Origin: Candidatus Aenigmatarchaeota archaeon
GTDB lineage: Archaea > Aenigmatarchaeota > Aenigmatarchaeia > PWEA01
Assembly: GCA_046539325.1 (NCBI GenBank)
Contig: JBKHHD010000008.1
Location: 1-41,272 of the forward strand
Direction: 5' to 3'
DNA: 41,272 bases
A program made the position numbers and the translations under genes. Each line of letters opens with the position of its first letter. The first letter of the stretch is position 1. The notes beneath the pieces were generated by a model that saw only the letters and a list, made by a program, of their open reading frames with translations, was not told where the DNA came from and ran no database searches. Of the stretch, positions 1 to 8,426 are shown piece by piece.

Positions 1-1377
1 GTAGTTAACGATGATACTTTCATTCTCAACGAACTTATTTCCATCCACGGGATCCCTTACGTTGACCTCAAAGAAATTGCTCATTGATGCTGTTGCCTCA
101 AGTACATCTAACCTCGGATATGTCCTCCCGTCGGCCTCGATTTCCTTTCCTGTTTCAGTCAACACATCTTCAATATAAGAAACGTTCTCCTTTCTGTCCT
201 TGATTTCTAGGTACTGGTTCATTATCGCAACGGCACCGGAGACGTGTGGCGTAGCCATAGATGTGCCACTTACTTTACAATATTTATCACCAGAACTGCA
301 ATCTTGCACATTATTGTCTTCTATCATGGTTGAATTTATCTCTGTTCCGGGAGCAACGAGCATATCCTTGTCCCATTGATTGGAGTAGCTAGTAGCCAGT
401 GTGTCGTTCTTGTTTGTTGCTCCAACCCTTGTTGCGTTTTCTATGCAGGCCGGAGAAGAAATATGTGTTTCATTATGATCATTGCCCGTTGCCGCAACCA
501 CTGTTATGTTTTCACCAACGGCCTTGTTTATTGGTTCAGCAAATAAACTATGGTCCTCATCACAGTATTCATCGAAGAGATCTGGTGCCTCTGTTCCCAG
601 ACTCATGCTTATCGTTGTTATGTTAAAATCCTCTGATTTGTCTATACACTGTTCTATTCCAGCTACAATATCATCAGGATCGCCAGACCCATCATCACCC
701 ATTGATTTCGAAATGAAAATATTTGCATCAGGGGCGACGCCCGTTACGGAGCCGTTTGCTGCGACTATACCAGCGACGTGGGTTCCATGGCCGTAAGAAT
801 CCATGCAGTATGAGTGATTTTCAGAACAGTTTTTATTTTCGGAGTAATCAGCCGTATTAACACCACCAATTACTTTTCCGCCCCAGCCATCGCCCAGGTC
901 TGTGTGGTTGTAGTCAACTCCAGAATCTACTACACATACAGTCTGGTGCTTTCCAGTTAGGTTGCTTCCGTCGATCTGGAGATCCCAGGTTGAGTTGGCG
1001 TTTATCAGGGGAACTGAATCGTCAAGGTGCGTGGTAATGGGGTAGTTGTAGAAGATTTTTTCAACATCATTCTGTTGTCTTAACCTTTCCAGTTCATCCT
1101 GATTCACGGTTGCGGAGAAGCCGTTGAAGGAGGAGAATCTGTGTCTTACCTTGTCCTTGTCTAGGACTTCGATAGCCTGGCTTCTGGCCTGTAAAGAGGC
1201 CTGTTCCTCCATCTGTACTATGACCTTGACCTTTTCCTTTCCTTCAGTAAAGCTTTCCGTGACCCTGTTGCTGACCTTTACATCTTTTTGTTCTGTGGCT
1301 CCAAGAACAACAGGTGATAGGACTACTGCAAGTAGGACAAGTAACGCGGCCGCAGTAACTGTTCCCCGTTGTCCCAT
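1..1377 (-). CDS. Secreted S8 subtilisin-like serine protease (runs off the window at its 3' end)
   Basis: Not in the ORF track; translated by hand. Signal peptide MGQRGTVTAAALLVLLAVV, I9-like propeptide, catalytic motifs VVDSG, HGTHVAG and SGTSMATPHV, oxyanion ATGN. GGAG Shine-Dalgarno upstream; open to position 1. Confidence 0.93.
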   Translation of the reverse strand, partial: MGQRGTVTAAALLVLLAVVLSPVVLGATEQKDVKVSNRVTESFTEGKEKVKVIVQMEEQASLQARSQAIEVLDKDKVRHRFSSFNGFSATVNQDELERLRQQNDVEKIFYNYPITTHLDDSVPLINANSTWDLQIDGSNLTGKHQTVCVVDSGVDYNHTDLGDGWGGKVIGGVNTADYSENKNCSENHSYCMDSYGHGTHVAGIVAANGSVTGVAPDANIFISKSMGDDGSGDPDDIVAGIEQCIDKSEDFNITTISMSLGTEAPDLFDEYCDEDHSLFAEPINKAVGENITVVAATGNDHNETHISSPACIENATRVGATNKNDTLATSYSNQWDKDMLVAPGTEINSTMIEDNNVQDCSSGDKYCKVSGTSMATPHVSGAVAIMNQYLEIKDRKENVSYIEDVLTETGKEIEADGRTYPRLDVLEATASMSNFFEVNVRDPVDGNKFVENESIIVNY

Positions 1378-1608
1378 AATTTCCACTCCTAAAGGGTTGA
1401 TGTTAATACATTTTTTGTAGTCCCCTTTATATAGTTTTGAGAGCCTGTTAGAATCACTATATGTAGGTGGGCCCGGTGTCACTAGTTCCTTGATGGTGCT
1501 TTAGAGGCTCTGTATAACCCTAAATCAAGCCTTTGATAAGAATGGCACCTAGAGGGGGATAATTTTAAAAGGATGTATACAAAAGGTATAGCGTGGAGGT
1601 GAAAAATT

Positions 1609-1920
1609 ATGGCAGATACACGTTACTTTGAGATGATAGAGAAAGGTAAGAAGCATGTTTTCAAGGGCAAGACGCCACGCCAAGCTGCGCTTAAGGCAGC
1701 AACCAGATTCGGTAGGAAAGGCAGGGCAGGTAAGAAGATCAAGCTAAGAGAACGTGGAAGGAGAAATCAGGACGGTACCTACTCCCTTCACGTCTACCAC
1801 GTAGGCTACAAAGAGAAGTCTGCACCTTCAGACGCACCTAATTGGCTTGGCAACAAAGTCAAGGAACCTCTTGTAGAGAAGCAGGGCGTCGAGAGAGTGG
1901 ACAAGATTCCTAAGGCATAA
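1609..1920 (+). CDS. Non-histone chromosomal protein MC1
   Basis: Motifs F.GK.PRQAALKAA, I.LRERG and AP...P.W...V.EP.VEK match the MC1 family; GGAGGTGA SD. Confidence 0.9.
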   Translation: MADTRYFEMIEKGKKHVFKGKTPRQAALKAATRFGRKGRAGKKIKLRERGRRNQDGTYSLHVYHVGYKEKSAPSDAPNWLGNKVKEPLVEKQGVERVDKIPKA

Positions 1921-1926
1921 ACCCCG

Positions 1927-1971
1927 TTCGGGATTAAACGATCCCGAATTTCCTTTCTTTATTTTATTTTT
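1927..1971 (+). terminator. Hairpin plus T-tract terminator after MC1
   Basis: TTCGGGAT-taaacg-ATCCCGAA perfect 8-bp stem followed by a long T-rich run. Confidence 0.6.
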
Positions 1972-2020
1972 AACATAAATTTCAAAAACCTGTAGTTACT
2001 ACTATATCTGGGGTGAATGT

Positions 2021-2665
2021 ATGGTTAATTTCAAGTGGTTCGGTCAGGCCTGTTTTGAGATAAGCAACGGTAAAACAGTAGTAACGGATCCACATGACGG
2101 TAAATCCGTTGGTCTTGAAGCTCCTGAAACCAAGGCTGACATCATAACGGTTTCACATGATCATTACGACCATGCCAGCGGAAAGAGTCTGGTCAGCAAG
2201 CCCGACTCCATTGTAGCCGAAGGTATGGAAAAGGGAAGGGCAGAGGAGATAGACCTTGGAAGATTCCAGAGCTATCACGACAAAGTCGAGGGCAATGCAA
2301 GAGGAGAGAACACTATCTTTAAGTTTGTAGTTGATGGCTTCAGGATATGCCACCTCGGCGACCTTGGACATAAGCTCGAGAAAGAAGAGATCGAGAATTT
2401 GAAGCCTATAGATATTCTCCTTGTTCCTGTAGGCGGTAAGTTCACAATAGATGGCAAGGAAGCAGCTGAATTATCCAAGAAGCTGGATCCCGGGGTAGTG
2501 ATTCCGATGCACTACGAGGTCGAGGGGCTTGAAGTCCCTATATCCGGTCCTCAGGCCTTTTTGGAGAACATGGAAGGTAGTCACGAAGTTGTAGAGAATA
2601 AAGTTCTGGAGTTGAGGGAGCTTCCCGACAAGAAGACAGTCTATGTTTTAGAGTGTCAGGCCTGA
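2021..2665 (+). CDS. Metallo-beta-lactamase-fold hydrolase
   Basis: SHDHYDH, HLGDLGH and IPMHY motifs; GGGGTGA SD. Confidence 0.9.
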   Translation: MVNFKWFGQACFEISNGKTVVTDPHDGKSVGLEAPETKADIITVSHDHYDHASGKSLVSKPDSIVAEGMEKGRAEEIDLGRFQSYHDKVEGNARGENTIFKFVVDGFRICHLGDLGHKLEKEEIENLKPIDILLVPVGGKFTIDGKEAAELSKKLDPGVVIPMHYEVEGLEVPISGPQAFLENMEGSHEVVENKVLELRELPDKKTVYVLECQA

Positions 2666-2742
2666 TCAAAGGTCTCAGATACTTAGCACTACTTATCCAT
2701 AGTTGCTATAGTTTTATTAAAATCAGAAGCTATAGTAGAGGT

Positions 2743-3207
2743 ATGTTGTTTGAGGATTACTCACAGAGAGTCGCTAGCTACGGATTCATCTCCGGGCTCG
2801 TCATAGGGCAGCTTGCGGGTATAATGCTTTCTTTCATAACCGCTCTCAACGTAACCACAGGCATCATAAACGGCGCAGGAGCAGGCATATTTATAGCGAT
2901 GATATCTGCCCATTTCCTCATAACGGAGAGGTTCAGCAAGAAGAGGATGATAGTTCCCTTTTCACTGGGTCTCGGAACGGTTATTGGAACACTTGTTGGC
3001 GTTTCCACAGCTTGGAGCTACGAGATCTCCTACTTATCCGGCTTCTCGTATGGTTCCATCACCGGACTAGTAGTTGGAACAGTTCTAGGAATAATTCTCT
3101 GGAAAATTCCTTCCGACGGAGAAGATGAACATATTGTTGAAGAAGTTGCTGTTGAAGAAGATGAGGATGAAGAAGACGAAGATGACTACATAGAGATAAG
3201 CGAGTAA
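2743..3207 (+). CDS. Gly-rich multi-pass membrane protein with acidic C-terminal tail
   Basis: About four hydrophobic Gly-rich segments and an E/D-rich tail; ATG at 2743 follows GAGGT. Confidence 0.7.
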   Translation: MLFEDYSQRVASYGFISGLVIGQLAGIMLSFITALNVTTGIINGAGAGIFIAMISAHFLITERFSKKRMIVPFSLGLGTVIGTLVGVSTAWSYEISYLSGFSYGSITGLVVGTVLGIILWKIPSDGEDEHIVEEVAVEEDEDEEDEDDYIEISE

Positions 3208-3208
3208 A

Positions 3209-3307
3209 TGGCGTCCTCGGTGGGATTTGAACCCACGGCTCCCAGCTTAGGAGGTTCACCATCCATGTTTGGATTCTGGTGCTCTGTCCAGGCTGAGCTA
3301 CGAGGAC
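3209..3307 (-). tRNA. tRNA-Arg(CCT) with a 21-nt non-canonical intron at 30/31 (3255..3275); CCA encoded
   Basis: GTCCTCG/CGAGGAC acceptor and GTGGG-TTCAAAT-CCCAC T arm. Removing AATCCAAACATGGATGGTGAA restores CCAGC-CTCCTAA-GCTGG. Strict BHB: GAG-CACC-AG^A-ATCCA/TGGAT-GGTG-AA^C-CTC. Confidence 0.93.
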
Positions 3308-3340
3308 ATCTTAGTTCTATCTTTGTGATATCAAAACTAC

Positions 3341-3727
3341 TTAAATCTTACCTGCTTGTTTTGCCTCCTTTTCGAGGTCCCTTAGCTTCTCGGAAGCGAC
3401 GTAGTAGAGCTGACCTCTCTTCCCCTTTGTTATCGCTTTGTTCTCTTCGGCTTCCCTTATCGCTCTCTCCAAGAGATCGTCGTTGACCGTGTCCGAGTTT
3501 TCCATCTGCCTCCTCACTGCTTTGTGTACATAGCTAAGGTTCGTCAGCTTTTCATCTCTCATGCCTAGCTCAATGGATTCATGCCAGAGGTTCTCAAATT
3601 CTTCCTCAAGTTCTTTGAACCTGTAGAAGAAGCTCCAGATCCTTGAAGCCAGGAATAAAAATACTGTAGAGCCTATAGAAAGAGTTGCGACACCGCCGAA
3701 CTTTATGAGCTCTCCTGTCAAAGACAT
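3341..3727 (-). CDS. Hypothetical protein with N-terminal membrane anchor
   Basis: Likely start MSLTGELIK; one hydrophobic helix followed by a charged helical region. Confidence 0.6.
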   Translation of the reverse strand: MSLTGELIKFGGVATLSIGSTVFLFLASRIWSFFYRFKELEEEFENLWHESIELGMRDEKLTNLSYVHKAVRRQMENSDTVNDDLLERAIREAEENKAITKGKRGQLYYVASEKLRDLEKEAKQAGKI

Positions 3728-3827
3728 TCTACCATAAATAACTACTGTTGGATCAGTTAAATAAGTTAGTTCTATCCGGAGACCGTTAACTATTAAATAG
3801 CTGCGATTTATTTTTAACTGCGATAGG

Positions 3828-4328
3828 ATGCAGGAGAACAAGGCCGAAGACGGGGATAGTTCTTACGCTGATGAAGCGGGTACGGAGGATTATACGAGCG
3901 AGGAGTACGAAGCTCTGAGAAGTTCTGTTGGATCTGCTTTACCTGAAGATGACAACAACGCCCTCGATTATATGGACAAGTTTTTCTCTGACAGGGAACG
4001 CACTATAGAGCAACTCAGGCTACAGAACCGGTTCCAGAGGCAAAAGCTCAAGGAAGTTCTTGAGGAGGTTAAAAAACTCAGTAAGAAATACGAAGACCGG
4101 CTGAAAAGTCTGGAACAAAGGGTCGAGGAGCAGGAAAAACTCTATGAGGAAAAGGTGCAGGAAGTGAAAGAAGAAGTAAAGGAGTATATACCCGATAACA
4201 GGGATCCAGAGGAGGTTCAGGAGGCGATAGAAAGGGCACTCTGCGACCACAACTTCACTGTCAAGAAGCATGGCATGAACAAAAACAAAGACTGCAACAA
4301 TTGTTCAACAGAGATTAACGAGAAGTAA
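3828..4328 (+). CDS. Hypothetical coiled-coil protein with C-terminal C-x-H...CxxC
   Basis: Acidic N-terminus, heptad-rich middle, terminal CDH...CNNC. Confidence 0.7.
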   Translation: MQENKAEDGDSSYADEAGTEDYTSEEYEALRSSVGSALPEDDNNALDYMDKFFSDRERTIEQLRLQNRFQRQKLKEVLEEVKKLSKKYEDRLKSLEQRVEEQEKLYEEKVQEVKEEVKEYIPDNRDPEEVQEAIERALCDHNFTVKKHGMNKNKDCNNCSTEINEK

Positions 4329-4334
4329 AGAAGC

Positions 4335-5846
4335 TTAGCTAAGTTTCCCATGCCAGAGTTCTTCCTGTAGGTCTCTGCCAGTTTCTTCTTCCCATTCCTC
4401 TACAGAAACGGAGTGTTTTTCCCTTATCTCTTCCCCCACGCCTAATCCGTTGTAGGCACAGAAAGGTACCATTCCCTCGGGCGTGGTGTACTGGATCACG
4501 CAGTTGCTTAGCCTGTTTATGTCCATATTCCATGCGTCCTGGAACCACATGCTTCCTATATAAAGGGCTTTATGATGGAACTCTCCTAGTGAGCTGTAGT
4601 CCCCGGAAGCCAAAGCCTTGGCGAGGATCTTCTTCAGGGAAAGTTCCTGGGGAACCTTTTCAGAATCTATGAAGTCCGAAAGGCTTGACATCAGTGAAGT
4701 CATTATCCTCGTCTTCTTCAACATACCGTCCTTCTCTGAGAGGTGTTCTAGGTATTCCATAAGTCCTTCGACATCGACGAACTTGGTTATCGGAAGGAGT
4801 TCGTCGTTCTCGACGAAGGCGTAGGTTGCTCCGCCACAGGTTGGATTGGCTGTGAACTCGACCTGTTTCTCGTTCTTTACGCTCTCGACAAGCTTGGAAA
4901 CGGGATAAACAAACGGAACGGGGTAAAAGTCGTCGTTTCTTATTTCACCATCGAGCTGCTCGTCGACCGCCTCCATCATCTCCGAATAATCAACCCTCTG
5001 GTTCTTCCTGTAGTCGTCATCCACCTCGGTTATCCTTCCTGTAAACGCAAGGGGCTGGAAGTTTACACCTCTTACAACATCTATATTCTCCTGCGCAAAT
5101 CTTATTATTTCGCCGGTCTCGTCCAGATTTTCCTGGGAGAGAACAGGGACAAGAACCACGCTTGTAAAACCAACCTCCCTCAGGTTCTGAATAACTTTCT
5201 TGTTCTGCTCTATCCAGGGGTTTGTCTCCTCAGTTACACCGTCGAAGCTAAGGTACAGAGTGTTTATAGGACTTTCTTTGATCTTCTCTGCGTATTCCTT
5301 TGATTCGGCGATCTTCAAGCCGTTTGTATTTAGCTGTATATGCGCAAAGCCTTTTTCGTCTGCCATCTCAACTATTTCAAACAGATCGTCTCTTACAGTT
5401 GGCTCGCCACCGGTTATCTGTATAGACTTCGAACCGACCGGCTCTATGTTTCTGGCTTGATCCATAAGCTCGCCTATCTCCTCCAAAGAAGGTTCGTAGA
5501 CACGGCCAGAGGTACCGGCGTTCATAAAACAGTAGGAACAGCGGAGGTTACAGCGGTTGGTTACGGTTAGGTTTGTGAGAACTGACTGTGACTGATGGTC
5601 GTTGTAAAGCGAAAGCGTCTCTACGTCCACGTTTTCAACTCCAGAGCCCTCTACTTCGTACTTCTTCCACTTCCTGTAGTCATCGGGATTGCTGAACATT
5701 ATAGCTTTGTAGTCACCGTGCTCTTTGCAACTTTTCTTCAACCATATCTTGTCGTCCTCCTCGATTACCTCTGCGTCTATCTTGTTCACTTCGCCATCCT
5801 TCAGACAATCAGGACACACGGACTCCGTAGTTTCAAGTATTTCCAT
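4335..5846 (-). CDS. tes: Radical SAM tetraether lipid synthase homolog (Tes / GDGT-MAS, MJ0619 family)
   Basis: N-terminal CPDC...CKEH rubredoxin-like site, TNRCNLRCSYCF, GGEPT, RGVNFQP, DFYPVP, TCG, MWFQD, CVIQY and PFC..N are collinear with MJ0619 as I recall it. Confidence 0.85.
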   Translation of the reverse strand: MEILETTESVCPDCLKDGEVNKIDAEVIEEDDKIWLKKSCKEHGDYKAIMFSNPDDYRKWKKYEVEGSGVENVDVETLSLYNDHQSQSVLTNLTVTNRCNLRCSYCFMNAGTSGRVYEPSLEEIGELMDQARNIEPVGSKSIQITGGEPTVRDDLFEIVEMADEKGFAHIQLNTNGLKIAESKEYAEKIKESPINTLYLSFDGVTEETNPWIEQNKKVIQNLREVGFTSVVLVPVLSQENLDETGEIIRFAQENIDVVRGVNFQPLAFTGRITEVDDDYRKNQRVDYSEMMEAVDEQLDGEIRNDDFYPVPFVYPVSKLVESVKNEKQVEFTANPTCGGATYAFVENDELLPITKFVDVEGLMEYLEHLSEKDGMLKKTRIMTSLMSSLSDFIDSEKVPQELSLKKILAKALASGDYSSLGEFHHKALYIGSMWFQDAWNMDINRLSNCVIQYTTPEGMVPFCAYNGLGVGEEIREKHSVSVEEWEEETGRDLQEELWHGKLS

Positions 5847-5923
5847 GATTACCAAAACTTTTATGGATTTTTAAATCTTTTAAAACTTTGCCTTAATAAA
5901 GGTAACGGACTTCAGAAATAGTA

Positions 5924-7366
5924 TTACTTTCTCTTCCAGACGGTCTCGCCACCTTCGTCCTCAAGAACTATTCCAGCGTCATTCAGAACCTCTCTTACCC
6001 TGTCCGCCCCCTCGTACCTCTCCTCCTCTCTCAACTCCTCTCTTATATCTATAAGGAGCTCTACAGCCTTTTCAGGAATCTTTCCACCTTCCTCCTCCAG
6101 ATTGAGCTTCAGTCCGAGGACCTCGCCTAGCTCCTGGATTTTCTCCTTGGCTCTTTCCAAAAGTTCCTTCCTGTTGTTCAGATTCTTGTTCACCTTCTTT
6201 GAGAACTTCATTAATTCGTTCAATGCTCCGGGCGTATCCAGGTCGTCGTCCATTGCCTCTTCGAACTTCTCCTCAAGTTTCTCCAACTCTTCCTCCAGAT
6301 TCTCCTTGGTACCCCCTTCGGCGTTTTCTATATTCCATAACGTGTTGTAGAGCTTCTCTAGGTTTCCTTCTGCGCTCTCAAGAGCTTCGTGGTTGAAGTC
6401 TATCTGTTTGCGGTAGTGGCTCGAGGCGAAAAACATCCTTAGAACTTCAGCGTCGTATTTCTCAAGCAACTCCCTTACAGTGTAGAAGTTGCCTTCGCTC
6501 TTGCTCATCTTTTCACCTTCTATAGTCATATGCTCGCTGTGCATCCAGTAGTTGACTGGTTCTTCGTCCAGGCCGTTCATAGCGATGTTCTGTGCTCTTT
6601 CGTTGGGATGGTGCGGAAAAATATGGTCCACTCCTCCCGTGTGAATGTCGAACTTCTGTCCAAGGTACTTCGAGCTCATGACACTGCACTCGAGGTGCCA
6701 TCCTGGGTAGCCTTTGCTCCAGGGTGAAGGCCAGTTCATTATATGTTCCGGATCAGCGTTTATCCAAAGCGCAAAGTCTAGAGGAGACTTCTTCTCTTCC
6801 GTTTCTTCCTCTTCTACTCTCCCTCCTCTGCCCGCTTCAAGCTCCTCTATATCCATGTTTCCTATTTCCGGATAACCGTAATCCTCGTAGAACTTCATAA
6901 CGTCGAAGTACACGGACCCGTTCCTTTCGTAGCCGTATCCACTTTCGATTATATCCTTTACAGCTTCTATCATCTCGACCATGTGGCCTGTAGCTCTCGG
7001 ATTTACGTTGTGTGTCTTCATGTTCAGCCTGTCCATCTCCTCGTACCACCTCTGCACCTGCTCCGTGACAAGCTCTCTGGGTTCTACACCCCTTTCCTTT
7101 GCCTCCTTCTCCACTTTATCATCGCCTCGGTCCGAGTCGTCCGTTAGATGTCCAACGTCCGTTATATTCATTACGTGGAAAACGTCGTAGCCCTTCCACG
7201 TGAGGTAACGGTTGAGGATGTCCCAGGCCGCGTAAGTTTTCGCGTTGCCCACATGCATATCCAGATATATGGTCTGGCCACAGGAGTAAATATTCACCTT
7301 CCCTTCTTCCAGGGGCTCGAACTCCCCCTTCTTACCTGTCATCGTGTTGTACAGCTTGAGAACCAT
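5924..7366 (-). CDS. cysS: Cysteinyl-tRNA synthetase (class I)
   Basis: CGQT..HVGN, PGWHLECS, DIHTGGVDHIFPHH and KMSKS motifs. Confidence 0.97.
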   Translation of the reverse strand: MVLKLYNTMTGKKGEFEPLEEGKVNIYSCGQTIYLDMHVGNAKTYAAWDILNRYLTWKGYDVFHVMNITDVGHLTDDSDRGDDKVEKEAKERGVEPRELVTEQVQRWYEEMDRLNMKTHNVNPRATGHMVEMIEAVKDIIESGYGYERNGSVYFDVMKFYEDYGYPEIGNMDIEELEAGRGGRVEEEETEEKKSPLDFALWINADPEHIMNWPSPWSKGYPGWHLECSVMSSKYLGQKFDIHTGGVDHIFPHHPNERAQNIAMNGLDEEPVNYWMHSEHMTIEGEKMSKSEGNFYTVRELLEKYDAEVLRMFFASSHYRKQIDFNHEALESAEGNLEKLYNTLWNIENAEGGTKENLEEELEKLEEKFEEAMDDDLDTPGALNELMKFSKKVNKNLNNRKELLERAKEKIQELGEVLGLKLNLEEEGGKIPEKAVELLIDIREELREEERYEGADRVREVLNDAGIVLEDEGGETVWKRK

Positions 7367-7380
7367 GCTACCACGAGTAG

Positions 7381-7514
7381 AGCCGGGCGCCGGATTCGAA
7401 CCGGCGTACGCGGATATCCGAAACCTTTTCCTTTTTCGCGAACGTTTTTACGAGCCTTTGTGAGTAAAAAGGTTCCTGCAGTCCGCTGCCTAAGCCAGAC
7501 TCGGCCAGCCCGGC
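7381..7514 (-). tRNA. tRNA-Cys(GCA) with a 60-nt intron at 37/38 (7416..7475); no encoded CCA
   Basis: GCCGGGC/GCCCGGC acceptor, U73, GCGGA-CTGCAG[intron]A-TCCGC, GCCGG-TTCGAAT-CCGGC. Relaxed BHB with intron helix AACCTTTT/AAAAGGTT. Confidence 0.93.
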
Positions 7515-7700
7515 CTCTGTGTTTATTGGTTTTAGAAGCTTTAGAGAAAAGATGAATCTATAGAAGAGCTCACCAAACTTCTCAGTAATTTTCCCAAAGA
7601 CAAAAACGTCCACCTACCATCATACCACAGCCTTTGCTTTCTCCTCACTCCTTAAATATCTTTTGGGATTTTTTAAACGAAAAATACTATTGTACCTGTT

Positions 7701-8159
7701 ATGTCCAAGGAAGATCTGGAAAGGTATATGAAGGAGGAAGACATAGACGGCGAGTTTGTGGAGATGGACGGTGAAGTGAAGACTGTTAGGGACTCTGCGA
7801 AGTACCTCGACGAACCCATGACGAAGATAGCGAAGTCCATAGTTTTCGTCGTCGGCGATGAAAGGGTTCTTGTGTTTTTATCAGGTAACAAAGAGGTCGA
7901 TGAGGAGAAGCTAAGGGAAGTTATGGACGCAGAAAGCTGTAGGATAGCAAAACCACCAGAAGTGAAGGAGGCTACAGGTTACGAAGTAGGTGAGGTACCG
8001 CCTGTGGGTACCGGCCTGAAGGTTATACTGGACGAATACGTCATGCAGATGGACGAAGTGTATGTCGGCGGTGGTTCAAGATATCACCTTGTAAGAATGA
8101 CTCCAGATGAGATAGAGGACAATACGGATTCGCAGGTCGAGGATATTTCAAGGTCTTGA
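7701..8159 (+). CDS. ybaK: YbaK/ProX-family aminoacyl-tRNA deacylase
   Basis: IAKSIVF, ATGYEVGEVPPVG and YVGGG motifs; TTTTAAA box upstream. Confidence 0.88.
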   Translation: MSKEDLERYMKEEDIDGEFVEMDGEVKTVRDSAKYLDEPMTKIAKSIVFVVGDERVLVFLSGNKEVDEEKLREVMDAESCRIAKPPEVKEATGYEVGEVPPVGTGLKVILDEYVMQMDEVYVGGGSRYHLVRMTPDEIEDNTDSQVEDISRS

Positions 8160-8162
8160 TTT

Positions 8163-8348
8163 TTATTCTTCTTGGCCTTCGTCTTCAGGGATATCTATAG
8201 GGAAGTATACCATTGATTCATCGTCGTAAAGGCCCATGCCTTGTGGATTTTCTGCCATCCTTCTTCCCATCTCATCTAAATCGGTAGCTTCTTCGTAGGT
8301 TTCCCTTAGAAAGTTCGCGACTTTGTCAAGTTTTTTGGTGAATGACAT
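8163..8348 (-). CDS. Small acidic hypothetical protein
   Basis: 61-aa ORF that fills the intergenic space, with genome-typical composition. Confidence 0.55.
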   Translation of the reverse strand: MSFTKKLDKVANFLRETYEEATDLDEMGRRMAENPQGMGLYDDESMVYFPIDIPEDEGQEE

Positions 8349-8426
8349 GTTACCATATAGTAATTAACCCTCAAAGCTTTTAAACATTTATCTCCATTGT
8401 CATTGAATGTTTCATTGGGGAGATCA

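Noticed and set aside
399-1420. Plus-strand ORFs 399..626, 482..796 and 1124..1420
   Set aside because: Antisense shadows of the S8 protease on the minus strand.
3208-3486. ORFs overlapping tRNA-Arg (3208..3486 +, 3059..3262 -)
   Set aside because: Translations of tRNA sequence (GFEPT is the T arm read antisense).
3209-4335. Integrated element at tRNA-Arg or the other tRNAs
   Set aside because: No integrase and no duplicated tRNA 3' end seen in the window.
7148-7613. ORFs 7148..7555 + and 7368..7613 -
   Set aside because: They run through the tRNA-Cys gene and cysS start; no protein motifs.
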